From: Dehalococcoidia bacterium
GTDB taxonomy: Bacteria > Chloroflexota > Dehalococcoidia > Bin125
Direction: 5' to 3'
Length of the DNA stretch: 64,000 nt
Assembly (NCBI GenBank): GCA_963663895.2
Contig: CAXXRD010000001.1
Coordinates: 288,001 to 352,000, forward strand
The translations under genes were made by a program, and so were the position numbers. Positions 20,370-29,681 of this stretch are shown in pieces (the stretch's first letter is position 1; each line of letters begins with the position of its first letter). Below the pieces are notes generated by a model that made no database searches, was not told the DNA's origin, and worked only from the letters and a program-made list of their open reading frames with translations.

Positions 20370-20381
20370 CCGTTCATACTC

Positions 20382-20530
20382 TTGCCCGGCTTCCCGGACG
20401 CTCCGTCCCAACCCCACCCGCGGTGGCCTGGACGCAGCCAGAGGCCGGCCCCCGATCCACATGGGTCCACGTCCGCACGGAGGACGGCGCCAAGGGCTGG
20501 GTCAGCCACGACGACCTGGAGCATGACTGA
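20382..20530 (+). pseudogene. C-terminal SH3-like fragment of the second lipoprotein paralog
   Basis: AVAWTQPEAGPRSTWVHVRTEDGAKGWVSHDDLEHD* is near-identical to the end of the 16624 gene. Confidence 0.8.
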
Positions 20531-20544
20531 GGCGCGGAGGTGGA

Positions 20545-21359
20545 GCCCTGCTCGCATCGACGGCGTTCAGCGCGCGCACCGTCACGCTCCGGTGGAAGCC
20601 CCGCGAAGCGAAGACGTAGTCGAGTTGGTTCTGGGCGGTCTCAGGAGTCCGGCGAGTAGTTGTAATACATGGGGACGTTGCGGGTATCCGGTGACAGGCC
20701 CCGTGGCGTGGGGCACGCCTGCCGGCCGCCATCCGGGCACCGAGGACCCAAGAGCTCCAGACCGAGCGCGGCCATCCGGTCCGTGACCGTGCGGTCCCGG
20801 GCCGGCAGCGCCAACGGATTATCATCGGTGGCGCCGTAGATCATGTTGAGGTCCCCGGCCGCCAGGATGCGGTGCGTGCTCGGATCGATGTCGCCGATGA
20901 AGGCCGACAGGTCCGAGAGGATCCGGTGCGCCGAGCCATCCGCATACCCCACGCGCCATTTGCTGCCGGCAAAGGAGTGCGGCTTGATCCAGCGCGCGTA
21001 CATGGACACCGCGATAAACGGCGGCGCGCTCTCGGAATCACGCGGGCGACGGCGATGGTGCCGATCCCGCTGACCGCGATCTCGTCTGCAGCCGTCTCGC
21101 TGATCGGGCCGACCTGCTTGAACCACTCGACTTCCACGCGGTCCGACAGCTTCACCACCATCGGCCCCCGATCGTACAAGCCTTCGCAGCGACTCTCGCG
21201 CCAGTGCTCCACGGGCCCAGCGTTGACTGCACCGGCCACGGCGGACGGCACTTGGCCCGTCGTCTCCTGGAGCAGCGCGACATCGGCATCCATCTGCACG
21301 AGCTGACGCCACGCCTCGTGTCGCTTGGCGATATTCCAGCTCACGACGGTGATCGTCAC
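20545..21359 (-). pseudogene. Endonuclease/exonuclease/phosphatase (EEP) family protein, two frameshifts, 3' truncated
   Basis: VSWNI, DVALLQE, AAGDLN and QLDYVF lie in three frames; terminal SDH motif missing. Confidence 0.82.
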
Positions 21360-21472
21360 ATCGTTCTCCAGGGACTTCGCAGGCCACACGTACCTCCAGC
21401 AGGATCGGGTACTTGGGGTGGACTGCGGCCCCCTCATTGGAGGCAACGGGCAGCGCGTTACGTGGAAGCGAC

Positions 21473-22498
21473 CTATCCCTCTTCGATAACCAACATCCAC
21501 GTCCGCTTTAGCGGCAACTCGGCTTGAAGTTCCTTGTCTAGTCGGTCATAGGCTTCCTGGATTGCTCGGATGAGGTCGGTCTGGTCCCAGAGCCGTATCT
21601 CAAAGAACAGTTGCCTCGCTTCCTGTCTGACCGACTGTTTGTAGCCGCCCCAAGCGACGATCAGGCCATGCTCCGCCCGGTAGTTCTTCATGACACCCTG
21701 GAGTTCCCGGAGCACGGTCACGTCGATGCGGTCATCGCCTGACTTGACTTGGACGCAAAGATGCGGGGCAGCGAAGCCCATGGGACCCTGACCCGCCACG
21801 ATGTCGACGCCGCCGTCCACACCCGGCGGAGAGGTGCGGACGGTATAGCCCTGAGCTCGCAGCACACCAGCGACGAGGCGGGCAAGGTCGTGTCCCCGGA
21901 ACTTGCGACCAATAAAGTCGACGATCTGGTCTGTCGCTTGGGTGGCGAGGTCAATCGCGGCGTTCTCAATGCCGCTGTCGTCGTTATCCGGCGATGTCGA
22001 TATAGCAGGCGGAGGAAGCCTCTCGCCCTCCAGCATCGCCCGGATCCGCGCCTCCGCGTTGTTGCGCTTGACTTCGAACACCGTCATCGCGCCACCAAGG
22101 GAGAAACGGAGGTCGCTGTCAATCTTGCTGCGCGGGATGTCGGTGGCTAGCCAATCGACCGGGCGCTGATGCTTGGCATCGGAAGGCGCGTCCGGCTGGT
22201 ATCGGTATGGTCCGGTGACCCGGCCGAAGGCTACAGCGCCTTGCATCTTGAGTGGGAGGGCGACGATGTCGCCGACCTGGAAGCGCTTGCTGAAAGCCCA
22301 AAGCTGACTCTCCCAGTTCTTGACCGCATTCGGGTTCTCGTCGGAGTAGGTATCCAACATGGATGCCAGTAGCGCGTCGCGCGAGGTGAAGCTGCTAAGG
22401 TCTGGCAGATCATCCCACCCCACCACGACCACGTTATTGGAGAGCGCGTAGCTCTCGTTCTCGCCGTGCCGTCCCGCTCGCGCAACCCATAACGCCAT
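21473..22498 (-). CDS. Mrr-like restriction endonuclease (type IV-like)
   Basis: LWVARAG N-terminus; catalytic DGGVDIVA...VQVKS motif. Confidence 0.88.
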   Translation of the reverse strand: MALWVARAGRHGENESYALSNNVVVVGWDDLPDLSSFTSRDALLASMLDTYSDENPNAVKNWESQLWAFSKRFQVGDIVALPLKMQGAVAFGRVTGPYRYQPDAPSDAKHQRPVDWLATDIPRSKIDSDLRFSLGGAMTVFEVKRNNAEARIRAMLEGERLPPPAISTSPDNDDSGIENAAIDLATQATDQIVDFIGRKFRGHDLARLVAGVLRAQGYTVRTSPPGVDGGVDIVAGQGPMGFAAPHLCVQVKSGDDRIDVTVLRELQGVMKNYRAEHGLIVAWGGYKQSVRQEARQLFFEIRLWDQTDLIRAIQEAYDRLDKELQAELPLKRTWMLVIEEG

Positions 22499-22772
22499 GT
22501 GCCACCCCCTAGATCGGATACGAGCACTGGATCGGCGAGGCGTCAACCCGCGCGGGGATCACCACACATAGAGTCGACCCACCCAATCGTCGGGCCGCCT
22601 GGGCACGCGAGCCCCAGCCTCGCAGCCGGGCTCTTCCTGTGGGCGGCGGTTCGCCTACTGCCTGCTTCCTATCGTCGATCTGGAAAAGAGGACCCCTATC
22701 GCGTCCTGTCCTATGCGGGTGATTCTCGACGAACCACCTGGCGTCCTCTCGGAGTCCTTCGCGATCGGGACC

Positions 22773-23231
22773 TCACTCGCCCCGGCAGTACTGGACCTCG
22801 ATCGCCCGCAACTTCCCCAGCCGGCGCACGTGCCGCTCCTCGCCGCTGAACCGGGCCCCGAGCCATGCCCGCACGATCTCGGCCGCCAGCTCCGGTCCGA
22901 TCACCCGCGCTCCCAGGCAGAGCACGTTCACGTCGTCGTGCTCGACTCCCTGGCGCGCCGAGTAGGTGTCGTGACTCAGCCCCGCGCGCACGCCGGGGAT
23001 CTTGTTGGCCGCCACCGACGTCCCGATGCCGCTCCCGCACACCAGCAAGCCGCGCTCCGCCTCCCCGCGGGTGACCGCCTCCCCCACCGCCCGCGCGAAG
23101 TCGGGATAGTCGACCGGCTCCGGCCCGTCGCTCCCCAGATCGAGCGTCTCGTGTCCCTCGGCCTCCAGCAAGGCGAGGAGGTCCCGTTTCAAGGGAACGC
23201 CCGCGTGGTCCGCGCCGACGGCGATTCGCAC
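22773..23231 (-). CDS. rpiB: Ribose 5-phosphate isomerase B
   Basis: [30 protein letters not shown]. Confidence 0.95.
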   Translation of the reverse strand: MRIAVGADHAGVPLKRDLLALLEAEGHETLDLGSDGPEPVDYPDFARAVGEAVTRGEAERGLLVCGSGIGTSVAANKIPGVRAGLSHDTYSARQGVEHDDVNVLCLGARVIGPELAAEIVRAWLGARFSGEERHVRRLGKLRAIEVQYCRGE

Positions 23232-23280
23232 CGCTAGACCCTCCGCTACCCTCCCCGCATTCGCAACCGCGGCGTGGGCA

Positions 23281-23613
23281 CTACTCTGCGGTCTTCCGCT
23301 CCGTGATCGGCGTGTAGTAGCAGGCGAATAGGTCCTCTTGATCCAGCGCTCCGCTGATCACCATTCCCTCGGCCGCCGCCTCGATCGCCGCCTTCGTCGC
23401 GTCCAAGTCGTCGGACTCGACCTCGTAGATGCACAGGTAGCCGTACGGCGACTCCTGCGCGGGGTTCATCGGCGCTAGACGGAAGCGCTGGGCCGCCACG
23501 AACCCCGGCACCTGCAGCACATCGTCCAGGTGCCGGTTGCTGTACCAGTCGTTGTACTCGTCCTCGCGATCCGTCACCGGGTTGCTCAGCACGATGAAGT
23601 GATGCCGCGCCAT
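23281..23613 (-). CDS. EthD/DUF4286-like dimeric alpha-beta barrel protein
   Basis: [32 protein letters not shown]; SD GGAGG. Confidence 0.8.
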   Translation of the reverse strand: MARHHFIVLSNPVTDREDEYNDWYSNRHLDDVLQVPGFVAAQRFRLAPMNPAQESPYGYLCIYEVESDDLDATKAAIEAAAEGMVISGALDQEDLFACYYTPITERKTAE

Positions 23614-23728
23614 CCCGCCGCCTCCTTCGCTCGCGTGCGCGTCAGGCGCACTCCCGGCCCGCTCCCGTCGAAGCGGCCCCAATACCCCGGCCAAGCACGC
23701 CGGCCACGGAACAGGGAAGGCGGGGCCG

Positions 23729-24196
23729 CTAGACCTCCGCCATCCGCTCTTGCACCCAGCCCTTCTCGTAGGTCGTGAAGAAGCCCAAGTGGATGCGGAC
23801 CGTGTCGCACAGCCAGCGCCCGTCCACTTTCTTGTAGGTGTCCTCGTACGTCGCCGCAAAGAAGGTCGCGTGCCCGTTGACCGTCGCCGGCATCCAGATG
23901 TACCAGGTGCCTTGCGCGTCGGTCCCGTTCGAATCCACGTCGATGATGTGCCCCAGGGTGTAGTGCAGTGCGAACGTGTAGCTGCCGGAGACCTCGGCGA
24001 AGAAGTCGTGGATCTCCTGCTTTCCCTTGAGATGGAAGCCCAGTTCGTCCGCGTCCCAGGTCGCGTTCTCCGTGAAGAGATTCGACAGGCCCACCGGCTC
24101 GTAGTCGTTGTCGCAGAGCTTGGCATAGACCTGCTTCAGCCGCCGGATCTCCTCGATGTCCTCCAGTCGCTGCACCCGTTCCTCAAGCGATGCCAT
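23729..24196 (-). CDS. SnoaL-like / NTF2 family protein (LinA/BaiE-like)
   Basis: RLEDIEEIRRLK..Y...CD, LFTENATW, Y.D.Y.KVDGRW. Confidence 0.88.
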   Translation of the reverse strand: MASLEERVQRLEDIEEIRRLKQVYAKLCDNDYEPVGLSNLFTENATWDADELGFHLKGKQEIHDFFAEVSGSYTFALHYTLGHIIDVDSNGTDAQGTWYIWMPATVNGHATFFAATYEDTYKKVDGRWLCDTVRIHLGFFTTYEKGWVQERMAEV

Positions 24197-24320
24197 GGCC
24201 TCTCCTTCTCAAAACCAGCAATCCGTGGAGCCGCAGGCTAACACGCTCCGCCTTCCCGCAAAGACGCGCGCCGGTCGCCCCGCCGGGGGCAGGCCCGGCG
24301 CAGTTACACCCCAACGAAAC

Positions 24321-24803
24321 TCAGGCGTAATCGCGCTCGTCGACCCGGATCCGCTCCTCCACCCACCCTTTCTCATAGGTTGTGAAGAACCCGTAGTCGA
24401 TCCGCACCGACGCAAACAGCCAGCGGCCGTCCACCTTCTTGTACGTATCTGTGTACTGCGCCGCCGTCCAAGTCGCGTCGCCATGGATCGTGGCCGGCAT
24501 CCAGATATACCAAGTGCCCTGCGCATTCACCCCATCATCTGCCACGTCGATCAGGTGCCCCAGGATGTAGTGCAGCGCAAAGCTGTTGTCGTTGGACACC
24601 CCGGCGAAGAAATCGTGGATCCGCTGCCGCCCCGTCAGATGGAAGTGCAGCTCCATCGCGTCCCAGGTCGCGTCCTCCGTAAACAGCGAGGCGATCCCGT
24701 CCGGATCGTACCCGGCATCGCAGTAGCCCGCGTACTCCTGTTTCAACCGGCGGATCGCCTCAATGTCTTCCAGTCGCTGCACCCGCTGCTCGAGCGTCGC
24801 CAT
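24321..24803 (-). CDS. SnoaL-like / NTF2 family protein, tandem paralog
   Basis: Collinear and highly similar to 23729..24196. Confidence 0.88.
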   Translation of the reverse strand: MATLEQRVQRLEDIEAIRRLKQEYAGYCDAGYDPDGIASLFTEDATWDAMELHFHLTGRQRIHDFFAGVSNDNSFALHYILGHLIDVADDGVNAQGTWYIWMPATIHGDATWTAAQYTDTYKKVDGRWLFASVRIDYGFFTTYEKGWVEERIRVDERDYA

Positions 24804-24876
24804 GTCGGCTCCTCACCCTTCCACAAGAGGCGGTGCGCCTCGTCTCGTCACGTCGCGTCCGGAGCGTCTCTCCTGT

Positions 24877-24900
24877 GGCTTCAGTAACGGCTTCAGTAAC
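24877..24900. repeat. Perfect 12-bp tandem repeat GGCTTCAGTAAC x2
   Basis: Seen directly, upstream of the NTF2 gene. Confidence 0.9.
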
Positions 24901-24991
24901 GATCGCGCGCGACGCTGGGCCACCGTGGCCGCATCATAGGCACGGGCATCGGCGCCGTCGAATGCCGGCAGCCTCCAGCGGACCGTCCGAT

Positions 24992-25186
24992 CTACCGCCG
25001 CGAACGGCGCCCCGAAGCGCCGGGGTCGTCTCCGGCTCGAAACCCCTCACAGCGATGCACCGGCAGCGGCGGATACCTCCGAAAGCGCGCATCCGAGTCC
25101 GAGAGCCCGCACCGGACGAACCGCGACCCGCGCGCGCTTTCCACGACGCGCGTCCAAGCGCAACGCGCACACAAGCCCACCCGCAC
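24992..25186 (-). CDS. Small Cys-rich hypothetical protein (start uncertain)
   Basis: GLCARC...SARGSRFVRC..S..DARF.RYP.LPV..C.GF; four Cys, likely metal-binding. Confidence 0.65.
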   Translation of the reverse strand: MRVGLCARCAWTRVVESARGSRFVRCGLSDSDARFRRYPPLPVHRCEGFRAGDDPGASGRRSRR

Positions 25187-25326
25187 GCCATGCCCCGGCT
25201 CCACCAAGCGCGATCCCGCTTCCCTCGCGATCCCTGCGGCGCGCTTGCATCCTATCGCCCTATCGCCGCCGCAGATCAAACCGGGAGGAGGCCGCCGTGG
25301 TCGCATCCGAACGCGTCCGAATGACC
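25130..25326. repeat. Copy 1 of ~190 bp imperfect direct repeat (copy 2 at 27485-27675)
   Basis: Shared CGCGTCCAAGCGCAACGCGC, CCAAGCGCGATCCC, TGCGGCGCGCTTGCATCCTATCG, CGCATCCGAACGCGTCCGA. Confidence 0.9.
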
Positions 25327-25632
25327 TCCTACAGCGTCGGCAAAGCCGCCGTCGCCACCCTGACCCGGGCGCTCGCTGTCGACCACGGGCGCGATGGCAT
25401 CCACGCCAACTGCATCATGCCCGGACCGGTCTATCCGTCCATGGTCTACTCGGGCGGCATGCCGGACGAGCTGTGCGAGCGGCGCTGCAATACCTCGTTG
25501 CTCAAGATCGAGGATGAAGGCTGGAACATCGGTTGGGCCACCGTCTTCCTGGCCCCCGATGAAGCGCGCGACGTGACCGGAGTGATTCCGGCGGTCGATG
25601 GTAGCGTGACTGTGCGCGGGCCCGACCGCTAG
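25297..25632 (+). pseudogene. Chimeric fragment: first ~10 codons of enoyl-CoA hydratase fused to the C-terminal half of an SDR
   Basis: MVASERVRMT then YSVGK, GIHANCIMPG, VTG....VDG; no Rossmann GxxxGxG. Confidence 0.8.
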
Positions 25633-27136
25633 GGCTCGTTCGAGGCGATCACGAAGACCGCTGCTGCGCCAGCGTCCTCGCCGACCGCCGCATCCGCCAG
25701 CCACGAACCAATCACGACCTCGCCCGCGTTGAGATCGATCACCCAGCCGAACTCTGCCTTTTCGCCAGCCGTCGCCGGATCGACCGGCCCCAACACCCCA
25801 CGCTCAACCCAGGCCTCGTCGACGAGCTCGAAGACGTACGCCGCACCCGTGCGATAGAGACCGGTTTCCGGATCGGCACGGCCCGGCGATGCCACGACCA
25901 TTATGTTGCCATCGATCGCCGACGCGTAGCCGAACCAGTCATTGGCGGCGCCATCGGACGCCACCAGACGCGTGTCGTATTCCCAAGTGTCGTACAGGCG
26001 CCACAGGTACAGCACCCCGGCATCCCAGCCTTCCTGGTCGTGACCGTGAGCGCCCGCCGCGATCTTAGGCAGGTCCAGGGCGACCTGCGTGCCAAGCCCG
26101 TCACCCGCGCCGCCGTCCGGCGCGACGTACTTGCCCGTAAAGTTCCAGGCGAATTCGAACTGGTGGTAAACGTAGATGGCGCCGACGTCGGAATACTCTC
26201 CGTCGTATCCCGGCGCGCCAACCACCAGCGCGTTCTCCTGCAGATCAATGTCGCGCCCGAACTGGTGTGAGGGCTGCGGATCGGGGGGGACCACGCGTGC
26301 TTCGAGCCGCCACTGTCCCTTCGACTCGCGGTACACGTAGACAGCGCCGACTCTCTCTTCGTCCACGGTGTCACCCCAGGCGGCGATCGCGAGACGGTCG
26401 CCGTCGATCGCCACCGACCAGCCAAACGAGGCCCCCGGCAGCACCGGCTCCGGCAACAGCGTGGCCGTACGCCGCCACACGCCACCGATCACCTCGTACA
26501 CATAGGCGCTGCCGGCATCGACGACCAGGTCCTCGCTACCGACGAGTGCGACATCCTCATACGGAGCGCCAATCACGAGGCGGCCGTCATCCAGCGCGAG
26601 CCAGCGCCCAAACCAGCCCAGCCGCTCGCCATAGGGCGGCAGCAGCAGGGCCGTCTCCACCCACTCCCCGTCCTGCCGCTCAAAGACGAACACAGCGCCA
26701 GCGTTCTCCGCGACCGCATCATGGTACGGCGCGCCCACGGCGATGATGTCGCCATCGATCGCAGCCGACCAGCCATATTCATCGCCCATCGCCGATGCGC
26801 TCGGTAGCAGTGGCACGCCCGCGGCGAGAGCCTGCCGTGGGTCGGCTACGCGCGGCGGCGGCCCGCCGTAAGTGTTCTGCTGTGGCGGCGCCTGCGGATC
26901 CGTCTGTGTCGTCGTGGGTTCGCCTGCGTCCGCACCATAGCCAGCTTCAGCAACCGCGGCCGGCTCCTCCTGCTGCATCTGCGCCTGCGCAGGCGTGGGC
27001 TCGGGCTGGGCTGAACGCTGACTTGCGATGCCGGCTGTTCGGCGGTCTCCGCGTCCGGCGCGGCGTCATCGGAGCAGGCCAGCGCGGTCGCCGCCAGCAC
27101 GCAAACGAACGACCAGAACCAGCCGCGACTCCGCAT
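25629..27136 (-). pseudogene. FG-GAP repeat (integrin-alpha-like beta-propeller) lipoprotein, frameshifted by a 5-bp duplication
   Basis: Seven FG/YG...GA...GAVYVF repeats; lipobox ALAC in another frame; deleting one GGCTG at 27004-27013 gives a 1503-nt open frame. Confidence 0.82.
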
Positions 27137-27179
27137 CGCGGCGAGCGTAACGCCGTGTCTGCTTAGTCGCGAGCCGTCG

Positions 27180-27480
27180 CCTAGTCCTGAGAGCACGGCT
27201 CGCGCTTCTCGCGGAAGGCGGCCGGGGCTCGGCCGCCGCCGTCCCGCTCATGGTCATGCCGTCCATCGCCAAGGAGAATGGCCGCGCCAAGTTGGACATG
27301 AACTTGATCCACTCGTTGACCGGCACCTCAAAGGCTGAAATGGCGCTCAGCGATCCACGGGTGAGACGATCCGCCGGCGCTAGCGCGGTCGGCATCGCCT
27401 CGTCGTCCTCGACCACCGAGCGGACCAAGTCTATCGCCGCAGCACCGTTGGCCCGGATATGTTCGCCGGTCATCACGTGC
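27180..27480 (-). pseudogene. Fragment of an unidentified gene
   Basis: Coding-like stretch HVMTGEHIRANGAAAIDLVRSVVEDD... with no start, abutting the truncated repeat copy. Confidence 0.35.
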
Positions 27481-27484
27481 TACT

Positions 27485-27675
27485 GCGCGCGCACGTTCCA
27501 CCACTCGCGTCCAAGCGCAACGCGCGCACAAGCTCACTCGCCCGCCATCTCCCGGCTCCCCAAGCGCGATCCCACTTCCCTCGCTATCCTTGCGGCGCGC
27601 TTGCATCCTATCGGCGCCGCGAACCACACCATGAGGGAGTCCGCCATGTCCGCATCCGAACGCGTCCGACTGACC
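27485..27675. repeat. Copy 2 of ~190 bp imperfect direct repeat
   Basis: See copy 1; carries truncated SLCARCAWTRVVE on the minus strand. Confidence 0.9.
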
Positions 27676-28422
27676 AGCGAGGACCGTGACGGCGGACGCA
27701 TCGTCACCATCACGATTGACTATCCCGAGCGTCTCAACGTCCTCAACACGCCCATCATCCAGGACCTCATCGACACGGTTCACCGGCTGAGCGCCGACGA
27801 GCAGATCCGCGCCATCGTCATCACCGGCGCGGGCGACCGCGCCTTCGTGGGCGGGGCCGACGCCTTCGAACTCGTCGAGCTCAACGCCCGCACGGCCGAG
27901 ACGTTCATCACCAGCTTCCATCGCTTCCTCGCCGCCTTGCGCGATTGCCCCATCCCCGTCATCGCTCGCATCGACGGCCACTGCCTCGGCGGCGGCATGG
28001 CCCTGGCCGCCGCCTGCGACCTCCGCGCCGCCAGCGACCGCTCCACCTTCGGCATGCCCGAGGTGCGCGTCGGTATCCCCTCCGTGATCGAGGCCGCCCT
28101 CCTCCCCGGCATCATCGGCTGGGGCCGCGCCCGCGAGCTTCTCTACACCGGCGACACCGTGGATGGCGCCACCGCCGCCGCTTGGGGCCTGATCGAACGG
28201 GTCGTGCCCGCGGATCAACTCGACGCCGCCGTGGACGGCTGGATCACCTCCATCCTCGCCTGCGGCCCCCGCGCCATTCGCGCCCAGAAAACGCTCATGC
28301 ACAAATGGGAGTCCCTCCCCCTCACCGCCGCTATCGCCGTCGGCATCCCCGTCTTCGCCGAGGCCTTCGCAACGGACGAGCCCCGCACCTACCTCAAGAG
28401 CTTCCTCAACCGCCCACGCTAG
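27646..28422 (+). CDS. Enoyl-CoA hydratase family protein
   Basis: AFVGGAD, IDGHCLGGG, ACDLR, FGMPE. Confidence 0.92.
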   Translation: MSASERVRLTSEDRDGGRIVTITIDYPERLNVLNTPIIQDLIDTVHRLSADEQIRAIVITGAGDRAFVGGADAFELVELNARTAETFITSFHRFLAALRDCPIPVIARIDGHCLGGGMALAAACDLRAASDRSTFGMPEVRVGIPSVIEAALLPGIIGWGRARELLYTGDTVDGATAAAWGLIERVVPADQLDAAVDGWITSILACGPRAIRAQKTLMHKWESLPLTAAIAVGIPVFAEAFATDEPRTYLKSFLNRPR

Positions 28423-28433
28423 GCGCCGCTCTC

Positions 28434-29681
28434 CTAGCCCACGACCCCCTCGATCACCAGCTCGGCGATCTGCTCGTCGTCGTATCCCAACCACTGCGTC
28501 AGCACCTCGGCGCTATGTTGCCCCAACTCCGGCGCCACCCCCCGAATACACCCCGGCGTCTCCGTGAACGTGACCGGATGGTTCAGGTACGGCTGCGGTC
28601 CGTAGCGCGGATGATCGACCTCCACGACGTACTCATTCGCCTGCACCGCCGGGTCGGTGAGCAGATCCCCGACTTTCTGCACGCGATCGAAGATCAGGTC
28701 CGGTTGGGTTTTCAGCCGGCGTTCCCACTCCGCGAACGGCTCCGAGGCAAAGAGAGCGTCCAGCAGCGCGATCAGCGCGCGGCTGTTCTTCGCCCGCGCC
28801 TCGATCGAGCAGAACCGCTCATCGTCCACCAATGACTGCAATCCCATCGCCTCGCAGAACTTCGGCCAATCACGTTCCGCGTCGGTGATGCTCAGCATGA
28901 TCCAACGGTCGTCCGCACAGCGGTACCAGTTCGCGATGGGGCTCGCCGCCCTATCCCGATCGAAGCGCGGCCATTCGTCCATCCCCTTCAAGAACGCGTT
29001 GCCGATCCCCCAGTGCTGGATCCACAGCGTCGCTTGGATATGCGAGATCTCCACCCTTTGCCCGATCCCTTGACGCTCCCGCGCCCATAGCGCTCCCAGC
29101 ACCCCGTACGCCAGCAACGAGGCCCCCGCCATATCCGCCAGCGCCCGGTTGTTCCACTGCGGCGGATCCCCCGGCCTCCCGTTCGACCACATCAGCCCGC
29201 TCCGCGCCTGCCCCACCGGGTCGTACGCCGGCCGCTCCACCTCTTCGCCCTTAAACCCGTACCCGCATGCCGCCGCGTAGATAATCCGCGGGTTCACCTG
29301 CCGCAGCGCCTCGTACCCCACTCCCAGCCGGTCCAGCACCCCCGGGCGGAAGTTCTCCAGCAACACATCCGCCTCTTTGGCCAGCTCTTTCAGCAGCGCC
29401 ACGCCCCGCGCCTTCTTCAAGTCGACCGCCACCGATCGCTTGCTGCGATTCATCGTCTCGAACGTCGTCGCCTGCCCGTCCGGCAAGCGCAGGTCCATCC
29501 CGCCAGCGAAGATCATGGCCCGCGCCCCGTCCGGCGCCGTCGGACTCTCGATCTTGACCACGTCCGCTCCCAGGTCCCCCAGCATCACCCCGCACAGCGG
29601 CCCGAATCCCCAAGTCGAACACTCGACGACCTTGATCCCCTCCAGAATCCCAGCCGTCGGCGGTAGATCCGTCATCGTCAT
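28434..29681 (-). CDS. Family III (CaiB/BaiF) CoA-transferase
   Basis: LGDLGADVVKIE, NRSKRS, ENFRPG, APELGQH. Confidence 0.93.
   Translation of the reverse strand: MTMTDLPPTAGILEGIKVVECSTWGFGPLCGVMLGDLGADVVKIESPTAPDGARAMIFAGGMDLRLPDGQATTFETMNRSKRSVAVDLKKARGVALLKELAKEADVLLENFRPGVLDRLGVGYEALRQVNPRIIYAAACGYGFKGEEVERPAYDPVGQARSGLMWSNGRPGDPPQWNNRALADMAGASLLAYGVLGALWARERQGIGQRVEISHIQATLWIQHWGIGNAFLKGMDEWPRFDRDRAASPIANWYRCADDRWIMLSITDAERDWPKFCEAMGLQSLVDDERFCSIEARAKNSRALIALLDALFASEPFAEWERRLKTQPDLIFDRVQKVGDLLTDPAVQANEYVVEVDHPRYGPQPYLNHPVTFTETPGCIRGVAPELGQHSAEVLTQWLGYDDEQIAELVIEGVVG

Larger units (their letters stand above)
16443..22770. mobile_element. tRNA-Pro-adjacent genomic island remnant, no integrase; right border uncertain
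   Basis: Loss of backbone C-skew, degenerate second tRNA, pseudogenes, Mrr-like cargo. Confidence 0.6.

Noticed and set aside
16976-27013. Programmed ribosomal frameshifting in the two split lipoproteins
   Set aside because: No slippery heptamer or stimulatory structure; simple 1-bp and 5-bp duplications explain both.
16420-27700. attR duplicate of the tRNA-Pro 3' end
   Set aside because: No second GGTTCAAATCC...CCCCGACCA was seen, so the island's right border cannot be fixed.
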